Shown one piece after another: positions 16,053 to 24,014 of a stretch of 64,000 bases of DNA. Origin of the DNA: Desulfobacterales bacterium (GTDB lineage: Bacteria > Desulfobacterota > Desulfobacteria > Desulfobacterales > G963662235). Numbering within the stretch: the first letter of the stretch is position 1; each line of letters begins with the position of its first letter. The notes below the pieces were generated by a model that was given only the letters and a program-made list of their open reading frames with translations, ran no database searches and was not told where the DNA came from. The position numbers and the translations under genes are program-made. The stretch is from NCBI GenBank assembly GCA_963662235.1, contig OY759308.1:2043545-2107544 (forward strand). Reading direction: 5' to 3'.

Positions 16053-16667
16053 TTACTGCTTCTTCTTACTTGCAAGAATTTCACATATCTCTGCGGCTTT
16101 TTCATTATCGACATAAGATAAGATTTTACTTGCTTTTTGAGCCTTCATTAAAAAAAAGATATCGGCGGCAATTTTAACATCCATATTACTAATTATCTTT
16201 GCAGAATCTTTTTCTTTCATTCTTGAATGGAACCTGACAAGCTTTGTTAATTTTTCTATTCTTTCTATCTCTTCTTTTTTAATTGCAAGTTCCTCTTCTT
16301 TCTTTGCCTTCTCTTTTTTACTCTCTTTTTTAATCTCTATAGCAAGAAGAATCTCATTAATTTTTTCATAATATTTTGCAACTTTTTGCAATTTTGTATC
16401 AATTTCGTCCTTTAAACTCTCAACCTTTGCTTTTTCTTCGTCTATTTTACGTTTCTCAATTTCAAGTTTTTTCTTCTCATTTTCTATATCATCTAATATC
16501 CCTTGAATAGATTCAGTCGATACAAATCTACCATTACGGACAACACTTTCAGTTGTTTCTTTATCATTCTCAATGCCTTCTGGCTCTTCCGTTTTTGCAA
16601 TAGAGCTTAATGAAAACATAAAAGTTATAAAAATTATACTAAATATAAATAGTCTTTTATACTCCAT
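16053..16667 (-). CDS. MotE-like flagellar protein (MgtE-N-like C-terminal domain)
   Basis: Signal/TM, coiled-coil E/K-rich middle, C-terminal ...SAKIISNMDVKIAADIFFLMKAQKASKILSYVDNEKAAEICEIL. It directly follows fliJ. The ATG at 16667 (MEYKRLFIF...) is preferred over the track start at 16694. Confidence 0.55.
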   Translation of the reverse strand: MEYKRLFIFSIIFITFMFSLSSIAKTEEPEGIENDKETTESVVRNGRFVSTESIQGILDDIENEKKKLEIEKRKIDEEKAKVESLKDEIDTKLQKVAKYYEKINEILLAIEIKKESKKEKAKKEEELAIKKEEIERIEKLTKLVRFHSRMKEKDSAKIISNMDVKIAADIFFLMKAQKASKILSYVDNEKAAEICEILASKKKQ

Positions 16668-17112
16668 ATTTCTCTTCTCTTGCCTTTTTAACAATAAGCA
16701 TCTCGTCTGCTTCTTTTTGTTCTAATTTAATCATATTGTTATAAAAAATCTTTTTTTTTCTCTCTTTAAATTTATCAACAACTTTTCTCTCTTTTTGCTT
16801 AGATAAAACTATCTGTTTTTTATTAAACACATCTTTTTCTAACTTAACACACTCTGCTTTTAGCAATTCTATATCGAAACTTAAACTTAAAAGATAATCG
16901 TTAAAAAAACTGTGATAATTACCATCAATCCCTTCTGATATGTTTTTACCAAAATCATCATTTAGCTTTAAATATTTATCCTGAAACTTAAGAGTTTCTT
17001 GCTCACAATCAGAAAGTTTTTTCATAGCAAGAGAAAGCTCTTGTTTCTTTTGCATCTCAATATGCTTTCTATAACGTAAAACAGGTTCAAGATTAAATTT
17101 AAATTTCTTCAT
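16657..17112 (-). CDS. fliJ: Flagellar export chaperone FliJ
   Basis: 151-aa coiled-coil protein beginning MKKFKFNLEPVLRYRKHIE..., located immediately after fliI. Confidence 0.65.
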   Translation of the reverse strand: MKKFKFNLEPVLRYRKHIEMQKKQELSLAMKKLSDCEQETLKFQDKYLKLNDDFGKNISEGIDGNYHSFFNDYLLSLSFDIELLKAECVKLEKDVFNKKQIVLSKQKERKVVDKFKERKKKIFYNNMIKLEQKEADEMLIVKKAREEKYGV

Positions 17113-17115
17113 ATC

Positions 17116-18462
17116 TTATTGCTTTTTCTTTTCTGCCCCTGTGTATATCTTTTCAAGTTCTTGCAAAGCATCATTGAAAAAAACTTTTTCTGTTATCCCT
17201 TGCTTTAAAAATGTATTTATTTTTGGCACAAATTTTTTCGCCTCATCTATTTTAGGGTCAGAACCATCAGTATAAGCACCTATAGCAATCATATCTTCAA
17301 CTTTTTTATAGGTTGCCAAAATCTCTATAGTTTTTTCTCTCAAACGAATATGTTTTTCAGAACTTACATCATTTATAACCCTGCTCACACTTGCAAGAAC
17401 ATCTATCGCAGGGTAATGCCCCATATTAGCAAGCTCTCTTGAAAGAACGATATGCCCATCTGTAATTGAACGTACTGTATCACCAACAGGGTCGTTCATA
17501 TCATCACCTTCTACAAGAACCGTATAGAGACCAGTTATACTTCCTTTATTTTGGACATAACCAGCTCTTTCTAACAACTTAGGTATCTGCAAGAAAAAAG
17601 AAGGCGTATAGCCTCTATTTGTAGGAGGCTCACCAGCAGCAAGCCCTATATCTCTTGATGACATTGCAAATCTTGTTATTGAATCCATAAGTAAAAGAAC
17701 GTTTTGACCTTGGTCTCTAAAATATTCAGCAATTGTTGTAGCGAGATAAGCACCTCGCATTCTTATAAGTGGCGACATATCTGAAGTAGCAGCAACAACT
17801 ACAGATTTTTTTAAACCTTCAGTCCCAAGAGTTTCTGTTACAAAATCTTTTACTTCTCTACCTCTTTCTCCAATCAAACCAATTACTACTACATCTGCTG
17901 TTGTATGCTTGGTTATCATACCCATAAGCACACTTTTCCCAACACCAGAACCTGCCATTATAGCAACTCTTTGTCCTCTACCAAGAGGTATCATAGTATT
18001 TATTGATGATATCCCAACATCTACAAACTCTTTAATAGGTTTTCTATCCATAGGATTTATATAATTTCCATATAGTGGATAGTAGGTGTCAGATTTAATA
18101 TAACCTTTATTATCTATTGGTTTGCCCATACCATCAACAACTCTACCAAGAAACTCTTCCCCTACTTGTACTTTAGGTCTGTTCCCTATAGGAAAAATTT
18201 TACTTCCTGGGCTAATGCCTTTTGTATCGCCATATGGCATAAGTAATACTCTATCATTCTTAAAGCCTACTACTTCAGCCATAATTTTATCTTTAAACTC
18301 GTTTTTGATAAAACATAAGTTGCCTACTCCCATACCGAGTCCTTCACCTTCTGCAATTAAGCCTACAACTCTAACTATTTTACCAACCATATTAATAGCG
18401 CTCGCTTTTTCTACTTCATTAAAATATTTATCCCATTCTATTTTTAAAGCACTGCTATCCAT
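17116..18462 (-). CDS. fliI: Flagellum-specific ATP synthase FliI
   Basis: 448 aa; Walker A GSGVGKS, F1/T3SS ATPase core (LLLMDSITRFA, PPTNRGYTPSFF). Confidence 0.95.
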   Translation of the reverse strand: MDSSALKIEWDKYFNEVEKASAINMVGKIVRVVGLIAEGEGLGMGVGNLCFIKNEFKDKIMAEVVGFKNDRVLLMPYGDTKGISPGSKIFPIGNRPKVQVGEEFLGRVVDGMGKPIDNKGYIKSDTYYPLYGNYINPMDRKPIKEFVDVGISSINTMIPLGRGQRVAIMAGSGVGKSVLMGMITKHTTADVVVIGLIGERGREVKDFVTETLGTEGLKKSVVVAATSDMSPLIRMRGAYLATTIAEYFRDQGQNVLLLMDSITRFAMSSRDIGLAAGEPPTNRGYTPSFFLQIPKLLERAGYVQNKGSITGLYTVLVEGDDMNDPVGDTVRSITDGHIVLSRELANMGHYPAIDVLASVSRVINDVSSEKHIRLREKTIEILATYKKVEDMIAIGAYTDGSDPKIDEAKKFVPKINTFLKQGITEKVFFNDALQELEKIYTGAEKKKQ

Positions 18463-18470
18463 TTTTTTAA

Positions 18471-19442
18471 TTAAATATTCCTCATTAAGCTATCTTTAAC
18501 AAGCTCGATTCTCTCTTCTACAGTTGTGTCTATTGTTCCAGATTTTGTTTCTATCCTGCAATCTCCTCTGTTAAGAGAAGGGTTCGGATTAAAACTAATT
18601 GTTTTGTTTTTATCTATCTCTTTAAAAAAATCTTCTTTTATAAGCTCAATATATTTATAATCTTCGGGACTAATTGAAACATTAACTTTATTAGCAGAGC
18701 TTTCTGGAACAGCTTTGAAAACATCTATAATAGTTTTTTTAATTATTTCGTTATCTGTCTCAAGTTTTGTATAGATAATTTTTTCAACTACCTTAAATAT
18801 CAAATCTAAAATCTTATTTTCATTGACAGAAACCATATCTTGCCAATGAGTTTCAAGTTTGGATAGAACATTAGATATCTGTTTTACAATATCGGCTGCT
18901 TTTTTTTGACCCTCTTCATACCCTTTTTCTTCACCTTCAAACAGTCCTTTATCAAGCCCTTCTTCTTTACCTTTGAAAAACCCCTCTTCCTTGCCTTTAT
19001 CGAATCCTTCTTTATAGCCCTCTTCCTTACCCTGTTCAAAACCTTCTTTTTTACCTCTTATAAAGCCGTTATCATATCCCTCTTTTAATTTTTGGTTGAC
19101 GTTCTCTTCTTCTTTTCTTCTCTCTTCATTCTTTAAAAAAATTTCTTTTTGCTTTCTTTGCTCTTCTTGTTTTAAAAGAATTTCTTTTTCATCTTGTACC
19201 GTTCGCTTTTTTTCTTGTTCCAATTCAGAACCCATTTTTTTTTCATCTGGCTCTTCTTTCTCCTCACGGCTGAAAAAATCTTTAAATTGATCGTCTTGAC
19301 GTTCTTGATCGTATAAAAAAACAGAAAAATCTTTTTTATAACTCTCTTTTTTTATATCTAATTCATTAAAAGTAAGAGGTAACCAATCATCATCTAATTT
19401 TTTATCTCTATTCTCTTGTTTTATAAATCTATCATCAAACAT
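18471..19442 (-). CDS. fliH: Flagellar assembly protein FliH
   Basis: Lies between fliG and fliI; E/K-rich N-terminus; long GxxxG repeat tract; C-terminal FliH/YscL-like region (..GDCRIETKSGTIDTTVEERIELV..). Confidence 0.75.
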   Translation of the reverse strand: MFDDRFIKQENRDKKLDDDWLPLTFNELDIKKESYKKDFSVFLYDQERQDDQFKDFFSREEKEEPDEKKMGSELEQEKKRTVQDEKEILLKQEEQRKQKEIFLKNEERRKEEENVNQKLKEGYDNGFIRGKKEGFEQGKEEGYKEGFDKGKEEGFFKGKEEGLDKGLFEGEEKGYEEGQKKAADIVKQISNVLSKLETHWQDMVSVNENKILDLIFKVVEKIIYTKLETDNEIIKKTIIDVFKAVPESSANKVNVSISPEDYKYIELIKEDFFKEIDKNKTISFNPNPSLNRGDCRIETKSGTIDTTVEERIELVKDSLMRNI

Positions 19443-19462
19443 ATTTATACTTCTTCAAAACG

Positions 19463-19478
19463 AGACCTTTACACATAA
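19463..19478 (+). mobile_element. Solo terminus (copy D) of the repeat family
   Basis: agacctttacacataa, 20 nt upstream of the fliH start codon. Confidence 0.55.
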
Positions 19479-19499
19479 ATAATATTTTGCAAAAAACCT

Positions 19500-20519
19500 T
19501 TAAATAAATACATCTTCAGGTCCTCTGCCTCTAATAACTATCTTTCCTTCAGCTTCAAGTCTTTTAGCTTCCTGTACAATAGCTTGTTGTGCTTCTTCAA
19601 CTTCACTTAAACGAACAGGACCCATATACGATATCTCTTCATCAATCATTTCTGCAGCTCTAGAAGAAAGATTTTGATAGATTTTCTCTTTCAACGAATC
19701 GCTTGTTGTCTTTAATGCATAAGCAAGCTGACTGTTATCAACTGCTTTAAGAAGCTCTTGTATAGCACTGTTATCAAGATTTTCTAAGTCATCAAATACG
19801 AACATTTGGTTTCTTACTTCTGTTGCAAGTTCTCCATCTTTTTCTTCCAAAGCACCAATAATAGATTCTTCTGTTAACTTATCGACAGAGTTTAAGATAT
19901 TTACAACGACAGGGATTCCTCCCATTTTACCTGCTCCTTGACGTAACATAGCCAGCTCCTTCTTTAATACTTCATCAACTTCAAAAATAATCTTTTCTGA
20001 AACTTCTCTAATATTTATAATTCTAAGAGCAATATCTCCCTGCTTATCTACAGGTATAGTCATCATAACTTCTGCAGCAACTTCAGGAGGAAGATAAGCC
20101 ATAATCATAGCTATAGTTTGAGGATGTTCTTTAATAATATGTCTTGCTATAACACTACTGCTAACATTTTTAGTCCAAGCAAAAGGTGCTTTTGCTCTAA
20201 GCTCAACCATATCTTTGTAAATCGATTCGACCTTATCTTCATCAAGAGCTTTAGACATAACACTTTTAACAAATTGAGAACCTTGAACTACAAAACTTCC
20301 TTCTTGCTCAAACTTTTGAATAAATTCTTGAGCAACAACTTCAAACACATGATCTGGAATTTTTTCTATATTTTCCATCTCTTCAGCAAGAGCACTAATT
20401 TCATAGTTTTCAAGTTTTGCAAAAATTTTTGTAGAGGTTTCTTCACCAAGTGATAGCAATAGAAGAGCAGCTTTTTCTCTTCCTTCTATCATATCAGCAT
20501 CTATTAATTGGTCATCCAT
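19500..20519 (-). CDS. fliG: Flagellar motor switch protein FliG
   Basis: 339 aa; FliG N/M/C architecture, including MFVFDDL and EISYMGPVRLSEVEEAQQAIV. Confidence 0.92.
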   Translation of the reverse strand: MDDQLIDADMIEGREKAALLLLSLGEETSTKIFAKLENYEISALAEEMENIEKIPDHVFEVVAQEFIQKFEQEGSFVVQGSQFVKSVMSKALDEDKVESIYKDMVELRAKAPFAWTKNVSSSVIARHIIKEHPQTIAMIMAYLPPEVAAEVMMTIPVDKQGDIALRIINIREVSEKIIFEVDEVLKKELAMLRQGAGKMGGIPVVVNILNSVDKLTEESIIGALEEKDGELATEVRNQMFVFDDLENLDNSAIQELLKAVDNSQLAYALKTTSDSLKEKIYQNLSSRAAEMIDEEISYMGPVRLSEVEEAQQAIVQEAKRLEAEGKIVIRGRGPEDVFI

Positions 20520-20561
20520 TTTTTTTTACCATTGTTTAATGTTTATTATATTTTAAGACTA

Positions 20562-22361
20562 TTACATCTCTTTTTCTTTTTTTGCTTGAATTTTTAGTTC
20601 TGTCTCTCTTAACCACTCTTTTATAATATTAACTGTCTTATCAAGGTCTAAAAATGAGTAGTACATAACCTTTTGTTTAAGAGGAAGTTCATTAAGATAA
20701 GCTTCTCTCTTTATCGAAGGCAACTGTTCAAAAAACAACATCTTCTCTTTGTTACTCATCTTAAGTAGGTAACTTAAACGTTCATCGGTAGTTAAGTTAT
20801 TAAAAAAATCGACCTGATTCATTTGTGACATACTTAAAAAGTCATCCAAAGAGACATCTGCTGGATTTAAAATAACTTTCTCATCGTGAATTTTAACAGG
20901 AGGGCTTTCTATTGTAGCTTTTACTTCTTTAATTGTCATAACAATAGGACGGAGTAAGAACATAAGTAACACAAAAATAAAGACAATATTAAAAAAACTT
21001 TTTCCATAATTTTTTAATACATATTCAAATGTAATACCTTCCTCAGTTGCTACATCAAGAAACTCTATAGAAGCAAAAGGGAAAGATTCAACAGAAACTT
21101 GGTCTCCTCTGTCTTCATTGAAACCCATAGCTTTTTTAACTACATCTTTAAACCTCTCCATCTCTTCTTTAGTTCGAGGTATATATTTCTTTACTTTACT
21201 TCCTTTTTTACTATTTTCATAAACATATTTACCATCAATAACAGCTGAAACAGAAAGTCTTTTTAAAACCGCCATAGGTTTTTTTGTTTTTCTGATTATT
21301 TTGCTTAACTCATAGTTAACGATATCATTCTTTTTAGCACCACTATCAATAGCTTCTTTACCTATACCAAACCCGCCGGGTGGAACTATTGGGTTTACAC
21401 TTGAAACTGTACCTACAGGACCAGTCTTTAATTCTGAATTTTCTCTTACACTTTTTTTACTTCTTACAAAAGGTGTATTTCTCTCTTCAGGGTCGAAAAT
21501 TTCTTCATCAGTTTTAACTTGACTTAAATCCATTTCCGATGTGACACGAACAATCGCTTTATCAAGACCTACTATCCTTTCAAGCATAGTTTGAATTCTT
21601 TTAGCGAGATTAATTTCAAAATTATTTTTATACTTAACTTGTGTTGCGATAAGGTTTTTATCTTTTAAAAGAAGCTCTTCTTCTTCTGTCATCTTTTTAT
21701 AAAGAGTTCTTCCTGTTGTATCTACAACTGTAATGAACTCTGGTTTAAGACTTTCAACAGAGTTAGCAACAAGATGCACGATACTTTGGACTTGGTCTTC
21801 TTTCAAATCTGACGAGAGCTTTAAAAGGACAGAAGCAGATGGTGGCTTAGTCTCTTCTACAAAAACAGAATCTTTAGGCATAACAATCATAACCTTTGCA
21901 GCAACAACCTCATCAAAACTTTTAATTGTTCTGACAAGCTCTCCCTGCAAAGCTCTTTGATGGTTTATTTGTTGAACAAAATTGGTAGTACCAAATTCGC
22001 TTTTATCAAAAATTTCATACCCGATAATTCCATCTTTAGGAAGACCAACTTCTGTAACCTCCAATCTTACTTTATAAACATCTTCTTTAGGTACAGAAAT
22101 AGAAAACTTATCTTGCACTTTCTTCTCTTCGTACAAAACCTTCTTAGATTTTAAGAGAGAGACTATAGCTTCTTTATCTTGCTTAGATAAATCACTAAAA
22201 AGAAGAGAATATTTGGTCTCATTTGTCAGATAAAATAACATAAAAATAGCAAATATTAAGACGCAAACTATAGAAAAAATTAATATTTTTCTCTTAGTCG
22301 GTATAGTGCTAAAATAATTTTGTATCTGTTTTATTATCGGATTTTTTTTATTTTCTTCCAT
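20562..22361 (-). CDS. fliF: Flagellar MS-ring protein FliF
   Basis: N-terminal TM, YscJ/FliF periplasmic domains, second TM (FFNIVFIFVLLMFLLRPIV), C-terminal FliG-binding tail. The ATG at 22361 (MEENKKNP..) is preferred over the TTG at 22394. Confidence 0.9.
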   Translation of the reverse strand: MEENKKNPIIKQIQNYFSTIPTKRKILIFSIVCVLIFAIFMLFYLTNETKYSLLFSDLSKQDKEAIVSLLKSKKVLYEEKKVQDKFSISVPKEDVYKVRLEVTEVGLPKDGIIGYEIFDKSEFGTTNFVQQINHQRALQGELVRTIKSFDEVVAAKVMIVMPKDSVFVEETKPPSASVLLKLSSDLKEDQVQSIVHLVANSVESLKPEFITVVDTTGRTLYKKMTEEEELLLKDKNLIATQVKYKNNFEINLAKRIQTMLERIVGLDKAIVRVTSEMDLSQVKTDEEIFDPEERNTPFVRSKKSVRENSELKTGPVGTVSSVNPIVPPGGFGIGKEAIDSGAKKNDIVNYELSKIIRKTKKPMAVLKRLSVSAVIDGKYVYENSKKGSKVKKYIPRTKEEMERFKDVVKKAMGFNEDRGDQVSVESFPFASIEFLDVATEEGITFEYVLKNYGKSFFNIVFIFVLLMFLLRPIVMTIKEVKATIESPPVKIHDEKVILNPADVSLDDFLSMSQMNQVDFFNNLTTDERLSYLLKMSNKEKMLFFEQLPSIKREAYLNELPLKQKVMYYSFLDLDKTVNIIKEWLRETELKIQAKKEKEM

Positions 22362-22476
22362 AAAAATTAACTTTTTGGTATCCTTTCCAATCAATTAATA
22401 AGTTGAAAGTTTAGCTCATAACTTTTTTTAAAACTTAAAAAACAGCTAAACAAAAAATAGTTCATTTCTAAACTTA

Positions 22477-22599
22477 AGACCTTGGCACATAGCTTAATTT
22501 TTTATAAGGTTTTTTTGAGGTTTTTGTAAAATTTTAAAAAAGCTAATATTTTACTCAAAACCACTATTTCCCCATAAAAAACATTATGTACAAAAGTCT
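22477..22599 (-). mobile_element. Full copy (E, 123 bp) of the repeat family, inverted relative to the other full copies, between fliE and fliF
   Basis: Termini agaccttggcacatagc ... cattatgtacaaaagtct. The internal sequence is the reverse complement of the core of copies F/I/K. Flanks are TAAACTTA / TAAAATTG (6/8 identical). Confidence 0.85.
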
Positions 22600-22898
22600 T
22601 AAAATTGCATACGATTAACTTCTTTATATGCATCTAAAAGTTTATTTCTAACTTGAGCAAAAAGTTTTAAAGTTACATCTGCTTCTTGCAAGTTTAACAT
22701 AGCTTCATGAATACCAAGTTCTCCACTTAAAACCTTTTCTGTAGACTCGTCACCAATAATCTGTCTTTCATTAACATTCTTTACTGCAACATCTAATCTT
22801 TCTGAAAAACTCGGAGACTCTAACGTCTTTGTCGATTTTAATGGGATACTATTTTTTACAGATGGTATAATATTGCTATTTGTATTTGTTATTTTCAT
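22599..22898 (-). CDS. fliE: Flagellar hook-basal body complex protein FliE
   Basis: 99 aa; C-terminal ...HEAMLNLQEADVTLKLFAQVRNKLLDAYKEVNRMQF; positioned after flgC. Confidence 0.85.
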   Translation of the reverse strand: MKITNTNSNIIPSVKNSIPLKSTKTLESPSFSERLDVAVKNVNERQIIGDESTEKVLSGELGIHEAMLNLQEADVTLKLFAQVRNKLLDAYKEVNRMQF

Positions 22899-22904
22899 AA
22901 TTTA

Positions 22905-23432
22905 CTATTTTCCTATTTCAAGAGCTTTATTAATCATAGCTTTTGTATTAGCTATTACAGCTGTATTAGCTTCATAAGAACGTCTTGCGACAATCATATC
23001 TGCCATTTCAGTAAGGTGGTCAACATTTGGCATAGCAACATAGCCTGTAATAGGGTCTGCATCTGGATGGCTAGGATTATAGACAAGCCTAAAATCTTCT
23101 TGAGATTCAACAATGTCTGTCACCTCTACACCAGCAAACTCTTTTTTAGGGTTCTTTTTTGCTTTCTCCTCATAAAGTATATCAAAATCTTCTTCTTTAA
23201 TAGGAGTGATTTCAATTTTTTTTCTTTTCCCATTTAAAACTTCTCTAAAATTATTCTGTGGTGGTAAATCTATCTTATTTTCATTTAATACAACCATTTT
23301 TCTTCTATAAGGAGTGCCGTCTTCTGTTCTTGTTGTTTCAGCATTTGCTAAATTTTCTGAAATAACATTTATTTTAGTTCTACTTGCCGACAAACCAGAA
23401 GCACTAATTTTCATAGAGTTTAAAAGATCCAT
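22905..23432 (-). CDS. flgC: Flagellar basal-body rod protein FlgC
   Basis: N-terminal SASGLSASRTKINVISENLANAETTRT and C-terminal RRSYEANTAVI rod-protein motifs; carries a ~40-aa basic insertion. Confidence 0.9.
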   Translation of the reverse strand: MDLLNSMKISASGLSASRTKINVISENLANAETTRTEDGTPYRRKMVVLNENKIDLPPQNNFREVLNGKRKKIEITPIKEEDFDILYEEKAKKNPKKEFAGVEVTDIVESQEDFRLVYNPSHPDADPITGYVAMPNVDHLTEMADMIVARRSYEANTAVIANTKAMINKALEIGK

Positions 23433-23857
23433 TATTTACCTCCCTCTGCAATACTATATTTTAACATAGACATCTTTCTTAAAAGCATCTCTGTCATAGT
23501 TTTATATTTAAGATTGTTCTCTGCAAGCTTAGTCATTTCTTTATCTATATCTACACTGTCTAAGTGATATTCATCGCTATCATCTTCTCTATAATTCTTT
23601 AAAGGGTCGTTATTATAATCTTCCAAACCATTAAAATGTTTACTGTTAGAAACCTTAATTTCCGCCTTTGGAGGATCTGCAAGAGCTTTTTTTAAAGCAT
23701 CTTGAAAATTAAGGTCTTTAGGCTTGTAACCAACAGTGTCTACATTAGCTATATTACTCGATATTAAATTCTGCTTTCTAGCCGAAATATTAAGCCCTTG
23801 TCCAAGAACATGATAAGTATCATTAAAAACGAGCGACTTAGAATATATATTAGACAT
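23432..23857 (-). CDS. flgB: Flagellar basal-body rod protein FlgB
   Basis: 141 aa; RKQNLISSNIANVDTVGYKPKDL rod motif; first gene after the sigma-54-type promoter. Confidence 0.85.
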   Translation of the reverse strand: MSNIYSKSLVFNDTYHVLGQGLNISARKQNLISSNIANVDTVGYKPKDLNFQDALKKALADPPKAEIKVSNSKHFNGLEDYNNDPLKNYREDDSDEYHLDSVDIDKEMTKLAENNLKYKTMTEMLLRKMSMLKYSIAEGGK

Positions 23858-23928
23858 AATAAAATACCTTAAAAATTAAGTAAACAAGCTGTATTCAGCT
23901 CAACAAAAAAAACTTCGGCAATGATTTT

Positions 23929-23944
23929 TGCAATATGCGTGCCC
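23929..23944 (-). promoter_or_regulatory. Sigma-54 (-24/-12) type promoter upstream of flgB
   Basis: The minus strand reads GGGCACGCATATTGCA (consensus TGGCACG-N4-TTGCW). It ends ~70 nt upstream of the flgB ATG and lies directly downstream of a sigma-54 activator gene. Confidence 0.7.
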
Positions 23945-24014
23945 AAAGAGACAATATATTTTGAAAAGATTAAGATAAGAAAAGTTGATTTGTTAAGAAT
24001 TAATATGGGAGTTA

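Noticed and set aside
22483-22499. TTGGCAC-atagc-TTAAT inside element copy E as a sigma-54 promoter
   Set aside because: The -12 element is TTAAT rather than TTGC. The motif is simply the family terminus with one substitution (TTTGCAC to TTGGCAC), and it points away from the minus-strand flagellar genes.
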